Positions 40,269-49,817 of a stretch of 64,000 bases of DNA are shown piece by piece. Under the pieces are notes generated by a model. The model worked only from the letters and a program-made list of their open reading frames with translations, was not told the DNA's origin and ran no database searches. The stretch covers positions 2,176,001 through 2,240,000 of the forward strand of contig OZ250172.1 in assembly GCA_965237905.1 (NCBI GenBank), read 5' to 3'. This stretch comes from Nitrospinaceae bacterium. Lineage in GTDB: Bacteria > Nitrospinota > Nitrospinia > Nitrospinales > Nitrospinaceae. The position numbers and the translations under genes were made by a program. The stretch's first letter is position 1. Each line of letters opens with the position of its first letter.

Positions 40269-40478
40269 TGTCGGCAACCGAGAATCCCTGAGCGCGTTTC
40301 AAGGGTTTTAATTTACGTGTGGAGGTATTTCGCGGGTAATATAAATCCTGGTCTGCGAAGAAAACTTTTCAATCGCGCCAATCTGCCTGGGCCAGTTGGG
40401 TCCAGCGGCACGCTGGGCGGAGTACCTCCGCCGGTAATATGGAAAACATGGAAATGCGCTCAAGGATTAATGTTGGCA
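40269..40478 (+). ncRNA. Candidate rod-like structured RNA, 6S RNA-like
   Basis: Nested helices 40269-76/40471-78, 40283-300/40451-68 and 40321-33/40417-29 with G-U pairs on the plus strand. Confidence 0.45.
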
Positions 40479-40534
40479 GTGAACGCTCCAGCCAATTGGG
40501 TCCAGCGTTACGCTGGGCTCTGGCATCATGCCGG

Positions 40535-40978
40535 TTAGCCTTCCTGCGAGAACCGGGAGGATTTGCCGCCGGACTCGCCGTAGCCTTTTAGACCTTGTTT
40601 GCGTTCCTGGAAGACTTTCATTTGCTCAGCGGTTTCTTCTTTTTTATCTTTGAGGATTTTCGCGCAGGCGTCCTCTATCGCTATCAATTCCTCCAGAGTC
40701 TGCGCCGCTTCATCCTTCAACGCCTGGCCTTTTTGGATCATCAGTTTCCGATCCGGGTCGGACATGTTTTTAAGGACCGGTTGCATTTCTTCATCCAACG
40801 CTTGCAGGGTTTGCAGGAGTGGGTTTTTATCCTGCACGGCTTTCAAGAGGTCCGGGTCGTTTTTCTCATCGATCGCTTTTTGCTGTCGTCGCGCCACCGC
40901 CAACAGTTGGACGTAACAGTCCTTCTGCTTTTTCAAGCATTCAATCATACGGTTGATCGCGGACGGGGTTTGCGGCAT
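40535..40978 (-). CDS. FlgN-like flagellar export chaperone
   Basis: Helical 147-aa protein with Y..LL....Q..AI...D...L...K..L pattern; coupled to the FliD-like gene. Confidence 0.6.
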   Translation of the reverse strand: MPQTPSAINRMIECLKKQKDCYVQLLAVARRQQKAIDEKNDPDLLKAVQDKNPLLQTLQALDEEMQPVLKNMSDPDRKLMIQKGQALKDEAAQTLEELIAIEDACAKILKDKKEETAEQMKVFQERKQGLKGYGESGGKSSRFSQEG

Positions 40979-42801
40979 CAGGCTATGGCGATGAGGTTGC
41001 GTGTGCTGGTTTCCAGCAATAATTTTTCAAACGCGCGTTGAAAGGATTCTTCCGCTCCGGTATCCAGTTCCGACAAGGCTTCGAGGCGCGCCGATTTAAA
41101 ATCGAGGCGGCCCACGTCCTCGTTCAAGAGTGATTCCAGCTGGGCTTGCAGGCGCGGTAGAATTCCGGTTTCGGTATCGTTGAACAATTTCAGCACGTTG
41201 TCCGGTTGCGATTCCAGCGCCAGGGTCAGCGCCGGAACATTCACACTGATTGTATCATCGCTTTCGGTTTTAATCCCCACCGAAGACAGTTTTTTGAACA
41301 ATTCACTGCCGCGGTTGGCAAACAGCGCCCCCAGTCCGTCGCGGATGGCCTGCGCGGTTCGAGTGATTCCCAATTCCGTGGTTGAAAATTTGTCGGTGTT
41401 TACACTGTTGAGTCCCAACGACGGCGGCAGACTGTTGAAAGGGTCGACCGCTTCCCGGCTGGCATCACGGCTTTCGTTGGTGCGGATGCCCGTTTGTGAA
41501 TTTTCCGTCAATTCCTCGCGAACCGATTGCAGTTCGAAGTCGTTCGCGAAGGTTTTGGCAAACGCCAGGGAATCGTTGAGAGCGGTGATTGCGTCGTTGA
41601 GCCGCAGGAACAACGATTGAATCTGATTGACCGCGGCGCTGGCGTCGGTTTCCACAGTGACGCGAACGGTTTCGCCTATGCCACTCCGGACCTCCAGTGT
41701 GATTCCCTCAAAAATATCCGAGAAAATATTGGTGGCGCTGGTAAAAGTTTCGCTGTCGATGGTGATTTCCGCATCGTTCCCGCTGACTACCAGATTGGTG
41801 CCGGAGGCGTTTATCTGCACTTCATTTTGGATCAACTCCCCGTTGGCGTCCAGTTCGAGAAACCCCAGATTGAACAGCACGGCGTCGGGGTCGCTCAAGG
41901 TGATGGCGGAGTTGTCGCCGGTCTGGCTGGTGAGCAACAGGCGGTTGTCTTGAATGGTGGCGGTGACCTGATGGTCCTGCGTGCCGCCGTCCAGGCGTTC
42001 GTTGCCGTTCACGTCCTCCGCCGGGTCCAGCACGCCGTTGCCGTTCTGGTCTTCGATGATGAAAATGCCGGAACCGTATTGACTGCCGCTTACCTGGATG
42101 GTTTCGATGATGCCGTTGCCGTTGACGTCCTCCGCTTCGTCGAGCACGCCGTTGCCGTTGACGTCTTCGCCCCGGTTGATCTTGTTCTGGATGTCTGCCA
42201 GGGTGTCGGTGGCGATGACGGTGATTTCCACGCCGTTGATGCGGAAACTGCCGCTCAACCCCAGCGCGCCAGTGCCCTGTACGTCGGAGGCCAGCACACT
42301 GCGCGAGGCGACGGCGTTAAGGGTGACTTCAAATTTCGCTTCCCCGGCAGTACTGTCTGCAAAAACGCGGAGCGCGCCGGAGTCGGACGATTTGGCGGTC
42401 AATAAATTGAACGCGTTGCCGAGACGCAATTCTTCCACCTTGTCCAACAGCGCCTGCAGGCGGATTTGGAGGTTGCCGATGTCGTCGGTTTGCCGGCTGG
42501 TGAGGCGCGATGCACCGACTTCGTCGACGATCGGGAAATGGCTGAGCTGAAACCGGTCGGTCACAAAACGCCCGGCGGCGTTGACGCGGAATGCCGAGAG
42601 CGTGCCTCTCAGGTCGTCCACCTGCGGCACGCGGTTGGAGACGAACACAAAGGAGTCGAACAGCAAATCGGCGGGCGTCGGGCGGTCCGCGCCGAACTGG
42701 TTGATCTGCGCACGGAAATCGTTCAGCGTGATGCCATCCAGCCTGTCGGATTTCGGGAACAGCGGCGGAATGAGATTGCTTGAGATGCCAAACGTCGTCA
42801 T
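40978..42801 (-). CDS. FliD-like flagellar filament cap protein with inserted DxNGNG repeats
   Basis: SFRING..I....DTLADI..KIN, DAEITID...TSATN, LSSVGI, L..AL...PD.V.KLF features of FliD. Confidence 0.7.
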   Translation of the reverse strand: MTTFGISSNLIPPLFPKSDRLDGITLNDFRAQINQFGADRPTPADLLFDSFVFVSNRVPQVDDLRGTLSAFRVNAAGRFVTDRFQLSHFPIVDEVGASRLTSRQTDDIGNLQIRLQALLDKVEELRLGNAFNLLTAKSSDSGALRVFADSTAGEAKFEVTLNAVASRSVLASDVQGTGALGLSGSFRINGVEITVIATDTLADIQNKINRGEDVNGNGVLDEAEDVNGNGIIETIQVSGSQYGSGIFIIEDQNGNGVLDPAEDVNGNERLDGGTQDHQVTATIQDNRLLLTSQTGDNSAITLSDPDAVLFNLGFLELDANGELIQNEVQINASGTNLVVSGNDAEITIDSETFTSATNIFSDIFEGITLEVRSGIGETVRVTVETDASAAVNQIQSLFLRLNDAITALNDSLAFAKTFANDFELQSVREELTENSQTGIRTNESRDASREAVDPFNSLPPSLGLNSVNTDKFSTTELGITRTAQAIRDGLGALFANRGSELFKKLSSVGIKTESDDTISVNVPALTLALESQPDNVLKLFNDTETGILPRLQAQLESLLNEDVGRLDFKSARLEALSELDTGAEESFQRAFEKLLLETSTRNLIAIA

Positions 42802-42820
42802 GTGGGTCTCCGGGTTTTCA

Positions 42821-44578
42821 TTAGATGAACCGGTCGATGTTTTGGCCCCGTTCCGTCAGTAAGAATTCCGGAGTGCGCGGTTCCGGCGGTGCGGCGCGTT
42901 CCTCTTCGGGCCGCGTCACCCCTTCGGTTGTTTCCTGTTCTCTCAGATCGTTGAGGAGTTCCGCACTGACGGCTTCCAGGTTTTCAAATACGGCTGGCGG
43001 TGGCGGTGCGTTGTTTTGGACTTCGGTGACCGGCCCACCGGCGGCTTCGGTGACTTCCTCCGGAGATTCGATACGGTTATTGAACTCCTGCAAAAAATTC
43101 CGCAATTCACGATTGCTCCGGAGAGCGGGGTCGGTGCCCAGATTGTTGCGGCGCAAAGCCTGCGGATTTTCATTGAGTACCTCCACGTTACCCGGTACCG
43201 GTGGCGCTACCGGCACAGCGTTCTCGAATGCGGGAGGAGAAACGTTGAGCGGAGCCTGATCCACGGCAGGAATATCTTCTTCCCGTGCTTCCAGTTCCAG
43301 ATTGCGAACAAACGGTTCATCCGGGTCCAGCTCGGGAAAGGCCGGGGGTTGCACGGCCTGGGTTTCCTGATCCTCCTCGAGAACCTGCCTGCTGTCGATC
43401 AGGGATGAGACCGCAGTTCCAGGGGCTACGGGACCGGGATTGTCGGCCGGATCGCGTTGCGCAACACGCAGATCGGGAAGCACGGGACTGAAATCAGTAT
43501 CCTGTGCGTTTGCCGTCACTTCAGCCGTTGCCGGCGCCACGTTCACCCCAAGCGGCGCGGCGGGAGGAGGCACTATTTCTGCCTGCGGTTCGGATGTACC
43601 GGGTCTGGGAATGGCGCCCGCTTCTTCCAACACTTGATCCACGGTAGCCAGAGAAATAAAGCTATTTTCATTGCCTGCCGTTTCCAGGTCCAGGCTCAAA
43701 GCCCGGCCTTCGCCGAAATTCCGGGTTTCCTGAATATTGGGTCCGGGCGGATCCTCCCCAACGTTGGGAGGTGTGAGAACATTCACCCGTCCTTCCGTGC
43801 GAGGTACAGGAGTATTTCCTCGAAGTCCCACGGTGTTTTCTGCCGGTGCGTCTTCCGCAGGTTCTGGAATGGCCCCATCGTCAGTTCCAACAGAGAACGG
43901 ACCGCGGGGCGGTAGAGCCACGGGAACAAATCGGTTTTCGTTGCGGGGTGCCGCTTGGTTATCCTGCTCCAGTTCGATCTCGGCCACGGGCGGCGCTTCC
44001 GGGGCCGCTATCGGAACGGGTGGCGGTTCCGACGCAATACTGTTTTCGATTCTCGCTGTCGTTTGCTCACGCGTTTCACGTTCCGCATTTTGGACGAGCG
44101 GGATCGCAGGATTGAGTCCCGGCGCATTCGGCGGTTCCGCCGGGTTCCGGTCCGGGAGGGTGGCTGCCTCGTTCGAGGCGCGATTTTCTTCCAACCTGTT
44201 GGCAAAATTTTGCAGAGTCGATATCGCCGGAGTTTCGATGACTGTCCGGTCGGGAGTCCCGATCTCGCGGCGTTGCGTTTCCAAATTCAGGAGATTGGGG
44301 GTGGCAGGATTCACCACATTTTCCCCCGGTATGAGGTCTATCGGTAACGGGACGGTTTCTTCCAGCGGTTGGACAGGCACGATGACCCGCGCGTTGGCTG
44401 AAATGGTGACGCGGTCGATGCCGTTGGCGAGGGAGCCGGGGATCGGTGCTTCATCTTCGATCCGGTTCTCGACCGGGCGGGTTTCCTCCTCTTCTTCCCG
44501 ATCGGGAGGATCCAACGCATCCGGCCTCAGCAGAACCAGCGGATTGATCGGCGGAAATTGTTCTTCAAGATGCGGCAT
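42821..44578 (-). CDS. Long Pro/Glu-rich low-complexity protein, probably flagellar-associated
   Basis: 585-aa ORF; DRVTIS motif; C-terminal ERGQNIDRFI; first gene after a sigma28 promoter. Confidence 0.6.
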   Translation of the reverse strand: MPHLEEQFPPINPLVLLRPDALDPPDREEEEETRPVENRIEDEAPIPGSLANGIDRVTISANARVIVPVQPLEETVPLPIDLIPGENVVNPATPNLLNLETQRREIGTPDRTVIETPAISTLQNFANRLEENRASNEAATLPDRNPAEPPNAPGLNPAIPLVQNAERETREQTTARIENSIASEPPPVPIAAPEAPPVAEIELEQDNQAAPRNENRFVPVALPPRGPFSVGTDDGAIPEPAEDAPAENTVGLRGNTPVPRTEGRVNVLTPPNVGEDPPGPNIQETRNFGEGRALSLDLETAGNENSFISLATVDQVLEEAGAIPRPGTSEPQAEIVPPPAAPLGVNVAPATAEVTANAQDTDFSPVLPDLRVAQRDPADNPGPVAPGTAVSSLIDSRQVLEEDQETQAVQPPAFPELDPDEPFVRNLELEAREEDIPAVDQAPLNVSPPAFENAVPVAPPVPGNVEVLNENPQALRRNNLGTDPALRSNRELRNFLQEFNNRIESPEEVTEAAGGPVTEVQNNAPPPPAVFENLEAVSAELLNDLREQETTEGVTRPEEERAAPPEPRTPEFLLTERGQNIDRFI

Positions 44579-44686
44579 AAATTTTTCCGTTTTAGCTTAC
44601 CCGTTCGCTTGCCGGGTTATTGCCTCAATTAGGAAGTTGTATTGAGAGCGCCCGAGATCCGTCGAACAATAAATTTAAAAAAACGT

Positions 44687-44713
44687 TAAAGTCTGTCCCT
44701 TTTCCGCCGATAA
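44687..44713 (+). promoter_or_regulatory. sigma28 (FliA) promoter, antisense to the flagellar operon leader
   Basis: TAAA-N15-GCCGATAA exact consensus. Confidence 0.75.
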
Positions 44714-44849
44714 CCTGCAAGAGTTGGATGCGCTCCTTTAAAGTCGGCGGAATCAAAAATTTTAAAAGCCCGAAAACAAAGGCTTTTAAAGAGGGCCGAA
44801 GCGCCGGGGAAAGCGGCTTCCGACTCAGGGAACAGCATTCCTGATATCC

Positions 44850-44876
44850 TTATCGGCCGCATTTCCTGAGACTTAA
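44850..44876 (-). promoter_or_regulatory. sigma28 (FliA) promoter for the flagellar operon
   Basis: TTAAGTCT-N11-GCCGATAA on the minus strand. Confidence 0.75.
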
Positions 44877-44944
44877 GTGTTTTTTTGAGGTTTTTTGTGA
44901 TTTTTAAGCTATTGAAATTAAAGGGATAGTTGAGGTCGGAATTA

Positions 44945-45047
44945 ACCTCCCCTGTATCCCCTCCTTGAAAAGGAGGGGAAATGTGTAGCACTTGGAGTCT
45001 GTCGCAGTGTGACACCGTGTCGCCTTTCGACAAGCTCAGGGTGACAC
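44945..45047. repeat. REP-like palindromes
   Basis: ACCTCCCCTGTATCCCCTCCTTGAAAAGGAGGGG and TTCGACAAGCTCAGGGTGACA. Confidence 0.75.
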
Positions 45048-45187
45048 GGCTATGTAAATTTCTCGCCGCCGTTAGGCGGGGAGCGAGCCTGGGAAAGTTG
45101 GCCTTGACCCTCCCCCCGCGAAATGATAGAAAAAAGGCCTTCTACAGCACGTTTAACCACAGCCCAACCGTTTTTGGAGATACTGAA

Positions 45188-45388
45188 ATGGAAGTGAATA
45201 CCATCAAGTTGGAAATCCGCAAGCACCACGTCACCCCGGGGATCAACGTCCTGGACCTGGTGATCGACGCCAACGGCGAGAAGATTATCAAGCAGACTCA
45301 GCATAAAGATACCGATATGGCCTACAAGAAATTCGTCGAGGATATCATCAAAGTGGCCCAGGAATTGGCCAACGCCCGGATCGAATAA
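45188..45388 (+). CDS. Small hypothetical protein (66 aa)
   Basis: GGAGA RBS, backbone-like codon usage, MEVNTIKLEIRKHH... Confidence 0.7.
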   Translation: MEVNTIKLEIRKHHVTPGINVLDLVIDANGEKIIKQTQHKDTDMAYKKFVEDIIKVAQELANARIE

Positions 45389-45473
45389 TTTCCACTCGGG
45401 TTTTCCATATTTTTAATCGGGGAAAATGACTGGCGGGTAGGGCAGACCAGGTGCCGGGGCCAAATAAAACAAT

Positions 45474-45608
45474 CTCCTCTCCCCTCATGGTGAGAGGATT
45501 AAGGTGAGGGGTGGAGTTGTCATAACCTCCACTGTATCCCCTCCTTTATAAGGAGGGAAAAAGTTGGCACCGGCGCTTCGCCGGCCAGCGTGACGCTGGA
45601 CCCAACCG
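45474..45608. repeat. REP-like composite repeat
   Basis: About 72 nt nearly identical to 46947-47019. Confidence 0.85.
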
Positions 45609-45729
45609 GGCAAGGCCCGGAGCTGATTTCCAATTGCGCCCCACCATTATTGTCAGCAATCAGCAATCAGCGGTCAGCAAGTTTCCCCTCCCCGTCAGGG
45701 GAGTCAGCAAATTCGCCAGCCGCGCAGGC

Positions 45730-46779
<1,050 letters not shown>

Positions 46780-46875
46780 ATTTCAATACTTTACAACAAC
46801 TTAGGTCAGCATGTCAAATTTTTGTCGAAAATATGTCGGATTTTTTGCCAGGCCACGCCTGGGGGAAATTTAAAA

Positions 46876-47092
46876 CCTCTCCCTTTATGAAAGCCTGTCC
46901 TGAGCCTGTCGAAGGAAAGGGGGCCAGGATACAGAATTCTAAAAGTCTCCTCTCCTCTCATGGGGAGAGGATTAAGGTGAGGGGTGGAGTTGTCACAACC
47001 TCCCCTGTATCCCCTCCTTGGTAAGGAGGTGGTTTGCTCCCCCTTGTTTGAAAGCCTGTCCTGAGCTTGTCGAAGGAAAGGGGGACGGAGGG
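46876..47092. repeat. REP-like composite repeat cluster
   Basis: Two copies of TGAAAGCCTGTCCTGAGC(C/T)TGTCGAAGGAAAGGGGG plus the GGAGAGGATTAAGGTGAGGGG unit. Confidence 0.85.
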
Positions 47093-47116
47093 CAGTTATG
47101 GGTGTATACTAAAAAG

Positions 47117-47347
47117 ATGAAAGAAGTTAAGACAAAGTGCGATATGTGTGATCGCTTGTTTCAGTTCGGACCCGGCCGGTATAAGGGGAAGTATATTGAA
47201 CACTATGCAATGATCCTCTGCAATTCCTGCTTTAAAACCAATTGGGAGGGCTTTCCCCCCGGACTTGAGGCTCAATTCGTTGCGCATATGAAGAGCAAAG
47301 ATATTGCGTTACCCGAACGCAATAAACAAGGATGGTTCCCCCGTTAG
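47117..47347 (+). CDS. Small CxxC...CxxC (putative zinc-binding) protein
   Basis: CDMC and CNSC; TATACT 6 nt upstream of the ATG. Confidence 0.65.
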   Translation: MKEVKTKCDMCDRLFQFGPGRYKGKYIEHYAMILCNSCFKTNWEGFPPGLEAQFVAHMKSKDIALPERNKQGWFPR

Positions 47348-47662
47348 ACGGATTTACTCCCCCCCTCCATCAGAAAACAACCCTCTCAGATAGCCGTTAT
47401 TGCCCGTTCTCTACCTCCCCCTTGTAAAGGGGGATGGGGGATTCCTCCTTTTGCTTTTATGAATATGCAGGGGGCTTTGGGGGGGGGGCGGAGGAGGGGT
47501 TTAGGAGTCAAAGAATGTGCAAGTCATTTTATTTCAAGACATTTGCTGGTAGTAATAAATTGGTTCGACTATAAAATAATAGTCTTGTGATTAAATTAAA
47601 ATCTTGACCAGTGTTTTATTTTTAGGATAATTAGGCTTCCCATGATCCCAAGAGGTATTTCC

Positions 47663-48277
47663 ATGAGTAGTGCTTTTGACTACAACAATGACAAACTAAA
47701 AATCCCGGGCCAATTTTTGGACGTTGGGAAGATTACCGTTATGTTTATGGATATTGTTGGGGTAAGTAAAAATGACAACCAGAAAATGAGAAATGCCTTT
47801 AGAACACTTCAGAATGCTCTTTCGGATATTTTGGTAAAAGTTAAATGGGACACTGAAGGTAGCGAAAATGGGGCCATTTTGATTCCGACGGGGGATGGCT
47901 ACGCCATAGGATTTGAACCAAACTTTGTTGATGATGAAGAGGCATTAAGATTCTCTCAAGAAATTTCGATTAGAATGAAAGAGGAAACTTTTCCTTTAAG
48001 GATAGGCATTAATAAAGGCCCATGCTTTGTCCATCTTGATTTAAATAAAAAAATAAATTTATGTGGTTGGGGAATAGTTGATGCCGAAAGGACAATGAGT
48101 TTAGGGGAACAAAACCACATTCTTTGTGAGGAAAGTTTTGCTAAACCAATCAAGGATAACCGTGCAAATTCAAAACTTATCAAACTAAAAAAATACTCCG
48201 TAAAACATGGTCGCGAATTAACCATATATAATTATTTTTCCAAAGATGAATTTGGAAACCATGACAAGCCGGAATGA
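47663..48277 (+). CDS. Stand-alone class III nucleotide cyclase domain protein
   Basis: MFMDIVG, PTGDG, LRIGINKG, N..G.GI..A.R, HIL and VKHG motifs; AT-rich. Confidence 0.85.
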   Translation: MSSAFDYNNDKLKIPGQFLDVGKITVMFMDIVGVSKNDNQKMRNAFRTLQNALSDILVKVKWDTEGSENGAILIPTGDGYAIGFEPNFVDDEEALRFSQEISIRMKEETFPLRIGINKGPCFVHLDLNKKINLCGWGIVDAERTMSLGEQNHILCEESFAKPIKDNRANSKLIKLKKYSVKHGRELTIYNYFSKDEFGNHDKPE

Positions 48278-48281
48278 ATTT

Positions 48282-48827
48282 ATGACTAAGATGCCTTTAT
48301 CAAAAGACCAAAAATATTCATCCAAAGAAAACCATTATAGGGCAAAATTTGCCTGGAACCTTTATCTAGATATCAAATCCGCAATAAACAGTTTGCGTGG
48401 AAGGTTTGTTACTAGGGATAAGGCAGACAGGTTATTCAAGAAATTTATTACCTTAGAGGATTCAGATAAATTTTTTATTGTTAATAGTTTATCTAAGGTT
48501 GACAATGATGTTTCACGCGCTTTTCTTGAAACGGTTTTAATTTCAGATTTTAATGACGTAGTTAGACATGAGGCGGCTTTTTCTCTGGGTTGGGTAGGAG
48601 ATGAAATATCAAAAAACGTTCTAAAATCTGCAATTATTGATGATGAGAGTGTTTTGGTTCGGCATGAAGCTGTTATGGCTCTTTCTGAAATCGGATCGGA
48701 AGAGGACATTGACTTTGTAGAAGAAATTCTAACCTCTGAAGAAAATAAAGAAGTGATTCTGTCCTGCCATATAACACTTAAAAGATTAGATGATCGTATA
48801 AAAAAGTTACTCCCGCCTATTTCTTGA
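48282..48827 (+). CDS. HEAT (PBS-lyase/DOHH-like) repeat protein
   Basis: VVRHEAAFSLG and LVRHEAVMALSEIG; starts 4 nt after the cyclase stop. Confidence 0.8.
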   Translation: MTKMPLSKDQKYSSKENHYRAKFAWNLYLDIKSAINSLRGRFVTRDKADRLFKKFITLEDSDKFFIVNSLSKVDNDVSRAFLETVLISDFNDVVRHEAAFSLGWVGDEISKNVLKSAIIDDESVLVRHEAVMALSEIGSEEDIDFVEEILTSEENKEVILSCHITLKRLDDRIKKLLPPIS

Positions 48828-48862
48828 CCCATAATATTTCCCTGGAGGCGAGGGTTTTTGGG

Positions 48863-49252
48863 TTAAATTAAACGCTCCCACAAAAACTCAAGTAAAACGT
48901 AATAGGCACAAACTATGGCTATTATTTTCCCCCAGAAAAAAATATTTGCTGGCCAATTTATTTGACGAGGCGGGTAAATTTCTTCTTCTTCACTTACTCC
49001 CGCGTCTCTCAATCTTTCCTTATAAATACCCCAGATCGCCGTTGGAACAATGCAATGAAGCAAATCTAAACTTAACCCCACGACAAGGAGGCCCCCTGCC
49101 CAATACAAATCAGGAGAGATGGTTAAGGTCCCGTTGATTTCGGTTCGAAAAACCCAGATCAAGGCAATCCCAGCAAAACCCAAATTTCTTACAACATCAC
49201 TGGTTTTTTTTGAATAATTGTAATATTCATCTTGAATTTCTTTGAATTTCAT
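48863..49252 (-). CDS. Small membrane protein (about 3 TM), unknown function
   Basis: Hydrophobic segments; ATGA overlap with the upstream gene. Confidence 0.7.
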   Translation of the reverse strand: MKFKEIQDEYYNYSKKTSDVVRNLGFAGIALIWVFRTEINGTLTISPDLYWAGGLLVVGLSLDLLHCIVPTAIWGIYKERLRDAGVSEEEEIYPPRQINWPANIFFWGKIIAIVCAYYVLLEFLWERLI

Positions 49253-49500
49253 CGTTTTTTACGGCTCGGTTTTGGTCCGGTACTATTTGTGCCTTTTCGA
49301 TTTACATTATCTCTTTTCGACGAATCAGGATTATCGCGGACATATTTTCTATTATTTATCTTTACTACATGCGCCCCCGGGTGCTTGCCTTCTTCCACTT
49401 CTTTGACAACTTGAGTACGGGGGACATTTTTTCTGGGTCCGATTTTGTAGGTTTCATTACGACCACCCGGTCCATCGTTGTTCCCTCTTATCTTAGTCAT
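49249..49500 (-). CDS. DUF3892-like small basic protein
   Basis: VV..NNRKYVRDNPDSSKRDNVN resembles the DUF3892 Y.R..PD....DN motif; GGAGGT RBS. Confidence 0.6.
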   Translation of the reverse strand: MTKIRGNNDGPGGRNETYKIGPRKNVPRTQVVKEVEEGKHPGAHVVKINNRKYVRDNPDSSKRDNVNRKGTNSTGPKPSRKKR

Positions 49501-49623
49501 TGTTTACCTCCCACAAATGGCTGCTGTTAGATGGAATTTCTCAGCTTTTGTCAATCTACCTCATTTGAGTTTAAAAAACCAGAGACCAAAGGCCTACCAG
49601 TGTGGACCTAACAGCCTTCTCTT

Positions 49624-49671
49624 TTATTTTCCAATACAAAAATCGTTGAAGATCTGGTCGAGGAGGTCGTC
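49624..49671 (-). pseudogene. Duplicated 3' end of mnmE (direct repeat of 51394-51441)
   Basis: 41/48 nt identical with a 23-nt perfect core; encodes DDLLDQIFNDFCIGK*. Confidence 0.9.
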
Positions 49672-49817
49672 AAGAACCAAGGGAACAGGGAAAAAGGAAC
49701 AGGGGGAAGGCAAACCCTATTCATCCAAGACAGCAAGAGGAGGAATCCCCCTGACCCCCTTTACAAGGGGGAACTTCAGAACTATCCTTGAGTTATGCGA
49801 ACAATTAGGAGGGAGAG

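Noticed and set aside
40212..40538. 108-aa ORF
   Set aside because: No recognisable features; it spans a strongly base-paired, repeat-containing region.
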